Shown: positions 12,996 to 26,398, counted from the stretch's first letter. The stretch is DNA of 54,250 nucleotides from Macrostomum lignano (GCA_002269645.1 NIVC01004221.1:1-54250); one strand, 5' to 3'. Notes: generated by a model not told the origin, from the letters alone. Translations and numbers: made by a program.

Positions 12996-14505
12996 CTGTG
13001 GCGCATGACTAGGCCTAACTAAGACCGCCATATACCAAGACCACCACAGCTATTACTGGCTACTGGTATTGAGGGGGAGCTACCAATATTCTAGCATTGC
13101 TATTCCTCTCATAGGTTCTTTTCTCGCTGCTGGCTCTCCTACCCACTCATCTCCTCTCTAGCACCATCTAATAATAGGGACTTCAGTGAGTTATAAGAAG
13201 TGCGTGCCAATGGCAAAAAAGTAAGAAAAAAGTCCAATTTTTCAAGGGCGATTTTAAAGAAACTATAGAAGCCAGGATAAAAGTAAAATATGCATTTAAA
13301 AGGTAAAAAGGAGCTCTTTCAAATGACACCAACTGCAAGTCTAGCTTTGTTATATTTTTTGCACTGTCTATTTTTAAAGTTGACCATTTTTTAGGAGGAA
13401 TATAAAATTGAAGCCAAAATGAATAAAAAAACAGTGGTTCAGAAAATGCTTTTTCTTAGCTGCAATGTGTTTCTTATAATGGAAACAAAGGTTTTATAGT
13501 GTAAAGGGATAATTTAGAAACATTTTTCTGGTGTTAAAAAAATTTTTTTTTCTTTTAATGCCTATATGGCTCTATGCAAAATTTCAAATCCAAAATTTTC
13601 CATGAAATCCTTTTCCTGCATTGTTTCTCTTTATATTTTTCATTACCTATTGACAATACAAGCACAGTAAAAAAAACCGCTTGCCAATAGCTATAGGCGC
13701 AAAAATTTTGTGGAGGTTTCTTTTTTTGATACGTTTACATGTAAAATACCCATTGAAACGTGTATTTCATGTTTTTTGTGAGACTCTGCCTTCCGGCAAA
13801 CTAGTTCTCTGTGTCATTTAACTAATTCTGCTATGCTGAACACGATAGACAAAACCGTTTTTTAATAAACCCATGCGCAAAGCCTGTACAGCACATTACA
13901 TTGCAGTTGGGGTGTCTGTCATGCATTAAAAATTTAGGGCAAGAAGTAGAATAGTATTATAGTAGGTAAAAACCTGAACAAAATGACACTAGCCTTGTAT
14001 AAATTAAGCAAGCAGAACAGATGCTATTGTATTTTTAAAATTGCAATCATTGCGTATCTGGTTAAAATAGTCAAAATTTCATACACCCATCCTGTTTCAA
14101 TTAGCTTAGCAACTTGGGCATATAAAATAATATTAAAATATATAATTCATACAATTAACACTAAAAAACTGAACAAAATGACACCAAGCACAGTCATTTT
14201 GGTTGGCTAGAAAATTAATTACGTGTTCAAAGACAAAAAGCCTACTTTTTGGCCAAAAATGATCACAAACCGTAATGTAAAAATTCCATTGGCTAAAGGC
14301 ACAAATCGGGGTTACTAAAATAGCTGTAGTTTCCTTATTACTCAACCAAATCACTAAAGTTTGGCCATTTTGGAAATGGGAAAGTAAGATCTATCTAGTG
14401 AAATAGCAGCCTATAACAATTTCTGAAATTTAATTTTCTCACTGAAGTGCCTACTAATAACATAAATTTGAATTTCTCCCTTAGCTCCCCAAGTATGGCA
14501 GTCTT

Positions 14506-14803
14506 CATACATGCGCAACAGTCGGCCGGGTCGGCCGATCCGGCCGACCGATCTGGCGGCCAACCAAGGAAGTCGCAAAAATGCCCACCTGAAAAAATAA
14601 CCAAGTAGTAGTACTAAGTAGCTGACGAGGCATTTTGGCTTAATAAGACAGTCATAGTTACTCCTGCCGTTTACCCAAAGTTGCGTTAATTTTGCTTTAG
14701 GGTTTTTTTACATGTAAGTCGCATTTTTGGCCAAAAACTACGTCGCATTTTTGTTGAAACTAAGTCGCATGGCCGACCAAATTTCGGAGGTTGCTCATGT
14801 ATG
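14506..14803. mobile_element. hAT-like MITE, 298 bp
   Basis: 14-bp TIR CATACATGCGCAAC / GTTGCTCATGTATG (1 mismatch), perfect 8-bp TSD gcagtctt (14498-14505 and 14804-14811), and repeated subterminal (a/c)gtcgca motifs. Confidence 0.8.
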
Positions 14804-14866
14804 GCAGTCTTAGTGTGTGGCAGTCTTGGTCCTATACCTGATCTGCTATTGTCAAGTAGAAATTTA

Positions 14867-15806
14867 GGACTTCTTTAAGTTTATGTTGATAAAATAGTTT
14901 CAATTTGGATAGGATCATAATTTTGTCTCTATAGGGGTTTTTGATGGTGCTGATTTCAAATTTGAGCTCCATTTTTAGGCAGCTTTAACCCAATTATATG
15001 TAGCTTAAAACCAACCACCGGGGCATAGGGAATAGGGGGTTTTAGGGTGGGGAGATTCTTCATGGGGATTGATTTTATCAACATAAACTTGAATAGAGGC
15101 ATAGAGACCTATTCAAGATTGTGTTGATAAATTCCAATTCTAATAGGGGGGGTTGAAACAAGTTGGAATTTATTTGACAATGAATCTCTGTTTAATTATA
15201 TCAACATAAACTTGAATCAACATAACTTTATCTAAATGAATTTGCTTACTGAAATTAAGTGCTGTTACTGCCTTAATACAATAGAATTAGTAATCTAGCC
15301 TTGTATAGTAGTTGGTTTTGAGGTGCAAAATACAAGTGCGAGTTTTGAATGTTGCTTTGGCTGGGTCCAGTGAAAGTGCAAGTGCAAAGATTGAGCGGGT
15401 TGTGACGTGGCAGTTTTTAAAAAAAAGCACATAGTGACATGGCATTGTCTATGCATTATAACTAAATTGAAAGACTATAATCCGCAAACATAAAAAACAT
15501 TTGCATATTAATTTGTAGATATTAATATTCATCTTTAATTGGCCTAATGAAGTTCTAGCACATGTGCCATAAAATTAAAAGTCAAGTGGATACACTTTCA
15601 AAAATGTATTTGTAAAAACTTTTTCTCACCGAACCTCATTAAGAGAATAGGGAATCAAGTAAATCGTCATTGCATCAACCGTACAAGTAACTTTCTACAC
15701 TTTTTTTGCATTTTTGTAATTTTGGGTGCCCCATAAGTCTCCACCGCAAGTTTCAGAAAAATCGAAAAATCGGAAGTATTTTATCAACATAAACTTGAAG
15801 AAGTCC
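14867..15806. mobile_element. Non-autonomous DNA transposon, copy A (GG-terminated TIR, 8-bp TSD; Merlin-like)
   Basis: 30-bp TIR GGACTTCTT(T/C)AAGTTTATGTTGATAAAATA with 29/30 match; flanks gaaattta / aaaattta (7/8). Homologous to 17179-18331. Confidence 0.75.
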
Positions 15807-16504
15807 AAAATTTAATTTATATTAGGTAGTCTAGACTTATCTCCTTTGACTAGGCCTAGGCCCAATGTTTCTTTTGATGTTCAGTTTATTTTTGACACAT
15901 TAAAAGTTGAACTTTAATATGGGTAGTGTTTTGCCATAGCCGTAGCTACGGCTACAGGATCCTACAGCAAATATGGTAAAATAGGTGCCTATGGTAGCTA
16001 CAGATATGCCTACAGTAGCTAGATGCTCTTATGGCTACAACTATAGAAATATGATAGTTGCTATCACATTCCATAGATTTCTATAGCTGTAGTTATTAAT
16101 GTTAAAAATTGAAAAAATATTAGTTAAACAGATAAAATAAAACAAAGATACTTTTAGTAAACTGTATTATCAACCTGGAAACTTATAAAATATACCTAAA
16201 AAAAGTACAATAAAACACTAGCAAACTCTAATTTTTATTAATGTAAAAAAGTTTAGCATTAGTACTTTCAATAATGATTAAGTATTGTTGCTCTGAAAAA
16301 AGACAAAATATAATCTTACAAAGACAATTAAGTGTTTCTTTTATTTTCTAATTTAATTTGCAGTTGTTTAAGCACTAGGTTATTTTATTGATTCAAAATA
16401 TTTTGTTTTTTTGTGTTTTTGATTTGCAACTTACCTTGGCTGGTAGCCATTTCACCTATCCAGTTCAGATAGGTCAGATAGGTATTGGGCATATATAATT
16501 AGGA

Positions 16505-17145
16505 AGGTGCGCCATATATGCTGCAAAAAATCCCTAGTCAAAATTTTAATTGTGCACTGTGTACCAAGTAAAAAAGGGGTCCATGAGAATTGCCTACAGA
16601 TGAATTGCTTGCCAAGATTTATCCGCAATGCTTTTTTCCTGTAGGGTATTTAGCCACATGGCAGATTTTGTCTGCATTGCCTCCAATCATACATGCGCAA
16701 CTTTGGGATTCACCCGGCCGTTTCTATTGGCAACACACATATGTAAGTCGCTATTGGACAGAACAGTAGTCACGTGACTGCTCTCAGCCAATAGCGACTT
16801 ACATGCGTGTGTTGCCAATAGAAACGGCCGGGTGAATCCCAAGGTTGCGCCCAAGCAAGCCTCCAATCCTAAGTAAGTCTTAATATAAGAGATTTACACA
16901 ATCAAAATTTTTTTGATAATACTGCATATCAAATACATATTTTTGGGGAGAGGCAATGTAGACAAAATCTAGCTCCCAAATGCACTATAGGAAAAAACAT
17001 TGTGGGCAAGCCTTGGCAAGAAAAACTCGGTAGGCAAATTGCTCATGGGCAATTTACTTGTAGGCAAATTGCACTGTGGGAATTTCTTATGCTCCTATAA
17101 AAAAGTGCATGTGTGCCAAGAAAAAAAGGAATGTGCACCTTGTAT
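16505..17145. mobile_element. Older degenerate foldback element hosting the 16688-16859 insertion
   Basis: 16578-16655 (ccatgagaattgcctac...cttgccaag...caatgcttttttcctgtagggtattt) is an imperfect reverse complement of 16978-17052. The outer ends are approximate. Confidence 0.4.
16688..16859. mobile_element. hAT-like hairpin MITE, 172 bp, almost entirely palindromic
   Basis: Perfect 8-bp TSD cctccaat (16680-16687 and 16860-16867); left end CATACATGCGCAAC is identical to the 14506 element; 16695-16850 is a near-perfect foldback centred on gtcacgtgac. Confidence 0.8.
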
Positions 17146-17178
17146 TAGGCCTAGTAGCTATTATATAGCAATATAACA

Positions 17179-18331
17179 GGACTTCTTCAAGTTTATATTG
17201 ATAAATTTAGTTGCAATTTTAACAGGAGCATAATTTTGTCTCTATAGTGGTTTTTGATAGTGCTGATTTCAAATTTGTGCTTCATTTTTTGGTAGCTTCA
17301 ACCCAACTTTATGTAGGTGCTTAAAACCAAACACTGGGGCATGGGGAATGGGGGGTTTTAGGGTTGGGAGATTCTTCATGGGGATTGATTTTATCAACAT
17401 AAACTTGAATAGAGGCATGGAGACCTATTCAAGATGGTATTGATAAATTCCAGACTCAGTGGAAGGGTAGACCCTACCAAAAGGTCAATGACCAAACACT
17501 TGGACATGAGGAATAGGATCGGGGTTTTTAGGATAAGGGATTCTTCATGGGGGTTGATTTTATCAACATAAACTTTAATAGAGGCATAGAGACCTATTCA
17601 AGATGATGTTGATAAATTCCAGACTTGGGGGGGGGGGGATAAACCCTAGGGCCTACTACAAGGTCAATGACCAAATACTAGGGCATGGGGAACAGTGGGT
17701 TTATAGATGGGGGATCCTTGATTGGGGTTGCTTTTATCAACAAAAACTTGAATAAAGGCCTAGAGACCAATTCAAGGTGTTGATAAATTCCAAACTTAGG
17801 GAAAGAAGGATTGATCCTTACAAAAAAGATCAATGACCAACTATTGGGGCATAGAATGGGATAAGATAAGGGGTTTTGGCTTTTGGGTAGGGGATTCTTC
17901 ATGGAGGTTGATTTTATCAATGCAAACTTGAATTACAGACATTTATAATATGATTTATTACTTACATCACTAAATCATTTGGCAAGAGGTATTAATGTCG
18001 ACCACAATGGCAAATCAGAATGTGGGATACAAGTGCCGTGCATCATCAGATGTGGCAAATTTAAAAAGAGGAAACCTTGACAAGGCAATTAATTATTTGA
18101 CATTATTTGACATATTTGACATTTGTATTTTTAAATACAAATTTCATTGGAACAGTTTTTATCAAATCCACATTGACACCATAGTCAATAAATAAACTGA
18201 GGTTGTACCACCAAAGTTTTTAGTGATTTTTTGCTTTTTATCATTATGGGCATCCCCTAAGTGTCTGGGGGAAAATTTCAGAAAAAATGAAAAATCAAAA
18301 GTATTTTATTAATATAAACTTGAAGAAGTCC
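17179..18331. mobile_element. Non-autonomous DNA transposon, copy B (Merlin-like), with internal 170-180-bp tandem units
   Basis: TIR GGACTTCTTCAAGTTTATATT at both ends; perfect 8-bp TSD atataaca (17171-17178 and 18332-18339); four internal units near 17368, 17538, 17711 and 17892. Confidence 0.8.
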
Positions 18332-19242
18332 ATATAACAAATTATAGTTTCTGCAAAATGTATCAGTCACTCATAATGTTGAATAAAAAAAGATTATAGA
18401 AAATAATAATCTTATTTTGAATTTTATGTATTTTAGAATTTTTTCTTTAACATTAATAAAAGAACAATTGTCATAATATTTGTCATAAAAAGTTATGGTT
18501 TAAAAAAATAAATTTGCAATAAAAATCTAGGAAATCCTATAAAAGCACAAAACTCAAAAAGAGCAATAGATAAACATTCACATTATGAAAACTATGGTAA
18601 GTTATCTAATATATATATATATATGAAAATATATCTTATCTTTTGCTTTAATATACCTTTTAAAAACTAAGGCTTTTAAGTGTGATTTTCATTTTGGAAG
18701 TTACTTATTATGAATTAAACTATAGCTATATAGTCCTACCAATTGTTAAAAATACTATCTTATAAACTATACACTTTGAAATTTTTATATAGACATATAT
18801 AAAGGCAATGGCTATAGTATTAACACTCTTCTAAATTTTTTAGATGTAATATAATATTGTATTTTATGAAAAATTTGAAGCAGAAAACAAGAAGTTGTAA
18901 ATACTCATTAACCATTATTTATAGGAAATAAGCTTATATAATTGTACCATAGATAAAAAATTAGATATAAATCCAAAAAGAAGGGCATTTACATTATTTT
19001 ATGAGTTTTTTGGCTATTTTCTTAGTAGTACATGTAAAATATTTAAAAACTGCTTGCTTTTTATTTTTTAGTGGAATTAACCTAATGATTTAAACGTATG
19101 CTCACTATATATGCATATTTCATATTTAATGCAATATTTTATATCTAGCATTTCAATTTTTATCCTTCACTTTATGACCAGAATCCATCTTAATTTGAAA
19201 CCAGAACGCATATATATTTAGAAAGCATTCAATTACAAAAAC

Positions 19243-22200
19243 ATGGCAGATCTCCCAGGTACAAACACTAATAGTTCTGGAGCAAACAATGCCCCAGCCA
19301 GTGGGCACCAGCTTCTGTTTAAAAATGCTGGCAAAGATGCTGACGAAATGAGGCGCAGGCGTCAGGACAATCAGGTTTGTTGGAATCGCTGGTTCAATAT
19401 TTGCAGATTAATGTTATTTGTATCTAAATCTACTAGTTTTAGATTATGTATTTGGCTATTCCTGCATATCTCGTTTCTCTGGGTTATTTCGGGATCCATA
19501 TCCTGTCTGGGGTATTTCGGGATCCATATCCTTTCTGGGGTATTTCGAGATCCAGATCCTGTCTGGGGTATTTCGGGATCCATATCATGTCTGGGGTATT
19601 TCGGGATCCATATCCTGTCTGGGGTATTTCGGGATCCATATCCTGTCTGGGCTATTCCGGGATCCAGATCCTGTCTGGGGGTATTTCGGGATCCGTATCC
19701 TGTCTGGGGTATTTCGGGATTCATATCCTGTCTGGGGTATTCCGGGATCCATATCCTGTCTGGGGTATTTCGGGATCCGTATCATGTCTGGGGTATTTCG
19801 GGATTCATATCCTGTCTGGGGTATTCCGGGATCCATATCCTGTCTGGGCTATTCCGGGATCCAGATCCTGTCTGGGGTATTTCGGGATCCGTATCCTGTC
19901 TGGGGTATTTCGGGATCCATATCCTGTCTGGGGTATTTCGGGATCCATATCCTGCCTGGGGTATTTCGGTATCCATATCCTGTTTGGGGTATTTCGGGAT
20001 CCATATCCTGTCTGGGGTATTTCGGGATTCATATTCTGTCTGGGGTATTCCGGGATCCATATCCTGTCTGGGGTATTTCGGGATTCATATTCTGTCTGGG
20101 GTATTCCGGGATCCATATCCTGTCTGGGGTATTCCAAGATCCATATCCTGTCTGGGGTATTCCGGGATCCATATCCTGTCTGGGGTATTTTGGGATTCAT
20201 ATTCTGTCTGGGGTATTCCGGGATCCATATCCTGTCTGGGGTATTTCGGTATCCATATCCTGTTTGGGGTATTTCGGGATCTATATCCTGTCTGGGGTAT
20301 TTCGGGATTCATATTCTGTCTGGGGTATTCCGGGATCCATATCCTGTCTGGGGTATTCCAAGATCCATATCCTGTCTGGGGTATTCCGGGATCCATATCC
20401 TGTCTGGGGTATTTCGGGATCCATATCCTGTCTGGGGTATTTCGGGATCCATATCCTGCCTGGGGTATTTCGGGATCCAGATCCTGTTGTACCAATGGTA
20501 TTTAGGGAAGGGATCAGAATCCCAAAATCCCAATCTCCATCCACTGTGTCCCTCCTATCCTTCAGGTTGAGCTGCGCAAGAACAAGCGCGACGAGCACCT
20601 GTTGAAGAAGCGCAACGTGCCAGCCGCGGGGGTCGAGTCGGCCGGCTCCGGCATGACCGACTCCGACGATAACGACAAGCCGCCGGCTGTTGGCAGCCTC
20701 GGTGTGATCGTGGCGGACGCCCGCAGCCCGGATCAGGCCACCAGACTGAAGGCGGTTCAGAACGCCAGGAAGCTGCTCAGCTCGGATAGAAATCCGCCAA
20801 TTGATGATCTAATCAATTCTGGCATCCTGCCAATTCTAGTCGAATGTCTGTCGAGCTCGGATAATCCCAACTTGCAGTTCGAAGCGGCCTGGGCTCTCAC
20901 TAACATCGCCTCGGGCACCAGCCAGCAGACTAACGCTGTCGTCAAGGCCGGGGCCATACCGCACTTTCTGCACCTGCTATCCTCACCGCATCAAAACGTC
21001 TGCGAACAGGCTGTCTGGGCTCTCGGCAACATCATCGGCGACGGGCCGCACCTGCGCGATTACGTCATCTCGCTGGGCGTTGTTAAACCTCTGCTCCGGT
21101 TTATTGGGCCAGAAATTCCTGTCACATTTCTGCGCAATGTCACCTGGGTGATTGTCAATCTGTGCCGCAACAAGGAGCCGCCGCCGCCTATGGCCACAAT
21201 TCTGGAGCTGCTGCCGGCTCTGCTGTTCCTTATTCAGCATCCTGACACTAATATCCTGGTTGACACTGTCTGGGCTCTGTCCTATCTAACCGACGGTGGC
21301 AACGAACAGATCCAGATGGTCATCGATCAGGGTATTGTGCCGTTCCTGGTGCCGCTGCTGGCTCACGCCGACGTTAAAGTGCAGACGGCGGCTCTGCGAG
21401 CTGTTGGCAATATTGTCACGGGAACTGACGAGCAGACACAGACTGTTATCAACCACAGCGCGCTCAGCTTCTTCCCGGCGCTGCTCACCCACAGCAAAGA
21501 GAAAATCAACAAGGAAGCTGTGTGGTTCCTGTCCAACATCACCGCCGGAAATCAGGTAAGAACAGAAACGGGTGCTTTATCCCCTGACAACCCGCTGATA
21601 TCCTCCAGTGTCTTCCCCTGACACCCTGTTGTATCCTCTCTATTTTCTGCTTCGACAACCTTTTTTATCCTCTGATATTACTGTCTTCTCTTCTGACACC
21701 ACACTGTCTCTTCTGACACCCTACTGTCTCTTCTGACAGCACAATACTGTCTCTTCTGACACCATACTGTCTCTTCTGACACCCTACTGTCTCTTCTGAC
21801 ACCCTACTGTCTCTTCTGACAACACAATACTGTCTCTTCTGACACAATACTGTCTCTTCTGACACCCTACTGTCTCTTCTGACACCCTACTGTCTCTTCT
21901 GACACCCTACGGTCTTCCCTGATATGCTATACTATCTTTCCTGACATCCTACGGTCTTTCCTGACATCCTGGTCTCACCTGAAAACGTACTGGCCCTCTA
22001 GTTACCTCTAATACATTACTTACAATATCTAGTTTGCATTTAAGTGCCCTCTTTTATTGAGATCTTTCAATATACTGTAAACTCGTAATCTATCACCAGG
22101 CTCAGGTGCAGGCCGTAATCGATCACGGCCTAATACCGCTGATTGTGCACCACCTGGACAAGGGCGACTTCCAGACCCAGAAGGAGGCAGCCTGGGCGGT

Positions 22201-22639
22201 TTCCAATCTGACAATATCTGGCAACCCGCAACAGATCGGCTGCGTAGTGCAGGCCGGCGTGATATCGCCCCTGTGCAACATGCTGACAGTGAAGGACACT
22301 CAAGTAGTGCAGGTGGTGCTGGACGGCCTGTCCAACATTCTCAAAGCTGCCGATAGCGCAGTTGGAATTGTCTGCGAAATGATCGAAGAGTGCGGCGGCT
22401 TGGATAAGATCGAGCAGCTGCAGGAGCACGATAACGAGGAGATCTATCGCCTGTCCTTCGGCATTATTGAAAAGTACTTTACCGACGATGTGGACGCCGA
22501 AGAGGCTTCGGCCGCTCCGGGCGCGGCGGTTGTGACGGCGCCAGCCGTGTCCGGTCCGGCCGACTCAACCGGGGAGCCGCAGCAGCAGTTGGCCTTTAAT
22601 CCGGGCAATAGCCAGGAGGCTCCAAAGTTTAGCTTCTGA
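19243..22639 (+). CDS. KPNA3: Importin subunit alpha-3/4 (karyopherin alpha). Exons 19243-19374, 20566-21555, 22100-22639; 553 aa
   Basis: The IBB domain spans exons 1-2 ([19 protein letters not shown]|[17 protein letters not shown]). ARM repeats include [43 protein letters not shown] and [15 protein letters not shown] phase-0 junctions give a continuous frame. The [11 protein letters not shown] signature fits the alpha-3/4 clade. Confidence 0.95.
19480..20487. repeat. 28-bp minisatellite (atttcgggatccatatcctgtctggggt), about 36 copies, filling importin intron 1
   Basis: Head-to-tail units, most with a GGATCC site. It explains the repetitive ORFs in all frames here. Confidence 0.97.
21681..21965. 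repeat. 20-23-bp minisatellite (ctgtctcttctgacacccta) in importin intron 2
   Basis: About 12 head-to-tail copies, degenerating towards the 3' side. Confidence 0.9.
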
Positions 22640-24809
22640 GTCTTCTGTCTCAACTGTTAATTTTACTAGCGATAGGTAGGAAGGCTTTATGCCTGGTTAA
22701 TCGGCAAAATAATTTAGTAAATAGGAAGGGAATTACATTTTTATCCAAAGTTCAGAAATTCAGAAGCTAAAATATGATTAATTATCCTACATTTTTAAAA
22801 AAAATCCTCTTCGGTTTTTTTAAAATATCCAACTAGCTAACCAAACTAATTTATTGTTTGTCCCGCTTAACTTATTGTCTGAACTACTCGTAAACGCAGG
22901 GTTTATTTTATCGTCATCGGTTAAGTTTGCGTATAAACTATTATTATAATACTATTAGTACCACATGTAGCCGCTTCCCGTAATTTATATAAAAAAGCAA
23001 ATCTTTGCGAAAGTAGTTAATGGCTCGCTAGAATTCAGTTTTGTCTCTCTCTATTGTAATCTTTGTTAAAATACGCAAACACCGTCATCGGCTGATTGCT
23101 GCTACTGATTTTAAGTAAACAAGCTCGGCAAAAAATAACTTTATTAACTATCCTCAACGGTGTGAATGAAACTCCTATTTTGTACTTGATTGCAACTAGC
23201 TGCTTTTTCAGGGAGAGTGCTCATGTTCCGTTCCTCTTTGTGTCTGTCTGTCTGTCTGTCTTAAAAGTTATCCGATCGTTTCTGTGGATTTGCAGCTCTC
23301 GTGATCCACCGCCTAGCCATCTCTCTCTCTACCTATCTTGCATTCGCTCGTTCACACCTTCCAATTCGCTCACTGATTTATATATTTGCTTCTGTCTGTC
23401 TAATCTTGTTGATCTCCTTAATCTAAATTGTTTTGCTTTCACACCTGCCTGTGTATGATACTAAACGTATGCATTGTGCTGCTGCCTGAGTTGCCTTCCT
23501 TTCAGAGTCAGTTCTCGAGCTCATTTCTGTTGCTTTATTATTCTGTTGCTCTGTTGTCTTTTTTTAAATAAAAATTCAAATCGACTAGCCGCTTCTTCCA
23601 TCGTGTCCGCTAAGTGTGTGCATTGAAGTTCCACGAGCTTCTAAGTCCTGATTCCTCACGGCTTCTTGGGATTTGGGGAGGGGGATAAATCTTTATCTTT
23701 TCTTTTTGCTGCCTGAATTCGTGTAGCACTGGTCTGCTCCTGCGCGTGTCTTTCACAATTTAATTCTCAACTTCTGTATCTATGTCTCTGCCAGAGTTGC
23801 TTCTCGAGTGTAACAGTGTGCCTGTATAGTATAGCCGCTTGTGTCTTTGTTTGTCTTTTGTTCCACCTCGTTTTCAGTCTTTGATTGATCTACATCTCGC
23901 TATAGTTTTCAAATTCCGTCATTGTTTGCGTGGTTAATCCTTGTGCTTTGCTGATAAGCCTACACCACTCACATGTGCTCTCCATTTTGTCCTGTCCAGC
24001 AAGCTCCCGAGGCTGCGTTTTCTGACTGCGTTGTCGTCTGTTTGAGAATTTTGCGTCAAACTTTTTCGTTTGGTTTTTTGCCTACTCTTCCTTTTCTTAA
24101 GAGTGACTCGTCTTGGCTCTCATTGGCCTCCGCCCTGCCATGCGGTAAATTGTCGTCACTTTTCTGATAACACGGCTCGGTTCCGACTAATGTTTGTGTT
24201 TTGAGCGCAATTCTCTTGCTGCATGAATAATAATAAGTAAGCTAAAAACAAGTTTTGATCCTTTGTAATGCCCGACATTACATCTTTTGCAATAGCGCTT
24301 GTTGTTGACTTCTCTGTTTTTTATCAATGGTCCTTCTTTTAGAGAATCAAGATCTCAAGAACTCAGTGTCGGCTTGTCTGCCATGGACCTGGGGAGGTTA
24401 GGTCTTGCTTTTAAAGATTTTCGTAATTTATTTTACGAAGTACGAGCTACATATACGAACATACTATTTTATTTCTGTAACTAAATATTTAAGTGGTAAT
24501 TTTATAAGGCGATTCGCCTTAGAAATACTTTTTCAACAATGGGGCCAACAAGTCAACCAAAAATAGAATAAGATTAGTTTATTTAGATTTACTCTCATTC
24601 TCAACTGTCAAAAATGCCATCGAGATCGAGACGACTTCTCATTCAAATTATGCAACTCACGAGTTACACGACGCAACTACGCCGCGAACTGAAGATGCGG
24701 TGCCAGCCACTCGCAACAAATCGCAACAGTTTATTAATTTTTTGCTATTTCGAAGTGTGCAATGTGCATATTTTAGCTATAGAAAAGGAATTGCAATTTC
24801 ATTACCGAG

Positions 24810-25376
24810 TGTGGGTGTGGGATCCCCGTGCACGAGGCAGCGCCTCGACTACGCGGCATCCCCGCTGGATTGAGGAGTGAGGAAGTCCCAGACAGACATG
24901 CTCGATCGGCTTCATGTCTGGGGAAGCTAGGGTAGGGTGGCTGGCTGGGAGAGTGGGAGTTTGCCTTACAATTCGCAGCAGACGGCGATTAGCTCTGGCC
25001 TTTGGCGTCGTTCGCAGCTATCAAGGCACTGACTGCCTTACTGCGTGGTCTATATATAGTGTATCTACGCTGCCTGTCGGACAAGGGCCACTCTTCGAGC
25101 TATAAAATTGTCCTCGATGGGGGCTCTGGACTTGGAGGGAGGTGTCGCAAGCATTGTATGACTCATTGGCCTTTAACTCTCACTTCCACCCTATTCGCTA
25201 TTCTCTGTTATCTCTCTGTTTTGCTAATCGATCCTCTCAAGTGACCTTGAAGCTAAATGGTCCTGACTGGAGAACAGCGATTGGTTAAGAATATGCGCTA
25301 GGCTTTATTTAGCTTTTGCTTAGGCCACGCAGCGCTTGCGTGTTAAATAAGCTGTACAGTCAGTCCCCTCCCCACA
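24810..25376. mobile_element. Candidate solo LTR (567 bp)
   Basis: Termini TGTGGGTGTGGGA...TCCCCTCCCCACA are imperfectly inverted and of TG..CA type. GC-richer than the flanks, with TATA-like tatatatag near 25050. No TSD found. Confidence 0.4.
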
Positions 25377-26398
25377 CAGTTAATAAAGACTGAAGAGTAA
25401 AGGAGAGAAGGCTAGGCTAGAGATTTAACTTTCTAACCCGTCCTGATGTTCCTTTTTAATTTCTGAATTGAACTGTTCGACGAAAACGAGTTCAAGACCA
25501 ATTGAATTCATTTTCGACAGGTTTTTCCTATAATACGAGCGTATTACCAGAATATCAGAGTTCGTGTCTGCTTACTATCTTATCTGTCTACCACGTAAGA
25601 ACACATTTAAGCATTGTAATAATTTGTTTTATCTGATTTAATTGATTTGAACAGTATTATCCTTCCGTACAAGGTACACCCCTGTAGTTTAAATTCCAAG
25701 ATTTTAAGTAAAGTTTGACTACCATCTTCCACCCTAACACTAAATTACCGCATTTTACGGTACATTTTTTAAATCGTACACGTCATATTATTTAATGTTC
25801 AGTTAGTGTTTAGTTAGATGACTAATCAATTAAGTCATATTGATATAATATGTTGCTAATCTAATCACGAGGCTATGTTCTATGATTTGTGTGTTTCATA
25901 TGAATAAGAATGAAGTTTTTTATGCTATTGCTATTTACCATTGATCTATCGTTATACAATAACATCCGCAACACAAGCTGCAAGCAAGAGCTTCAATCAT
26001 TATTCCTGACGTTATTAACTGAGGGAAATTTTGGAATCATCCTGTCCTTTCTACTTGGCGACACTCTTAGTCTTAGTAGTCTTATTAGTCTTTATTGGAC
26101 CAAGCTGTGTCACCATGTCACGTGACTGCTTTTAGCTTCTAGACTAGCTAGCGACGCGTCTCAGATAATGGAGGGGGGTTCACATTCACCAACTCAAAAT
26201 TTTACGTCAAAAGCACCATTCTTTAAGGTCGAAATTTAAAAACCTTTGAAATAATTTGCTTTTTGTTTTTAACGTTACGAAATTTCGAGCTTATGATGTG
26301 AAAGCACTCCACAAATACTAACCCCCCCCCCAAAAAAAAAAACTTATTGACAGCACCGAGCAGCAAACTTAAATTACTAACAACAGAAGCGCCGGAGC

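Noticed and set aside
19375-20605. Long ORFs in all frames (420, 395, 374 aa and antisense) across importin intron 1
   Set aside because: They are by-products of a stop-poor 28-bp repeat; the true frame splices from 19374 to 20566 and restores the IBB domain.
20757-22653. Antisense ORFs over importin exons (also over the MORC, protocadherin and RING exons)
   Set aside because: Shadow ORFs caused by GC-rich codon usage; no recognisable domains.
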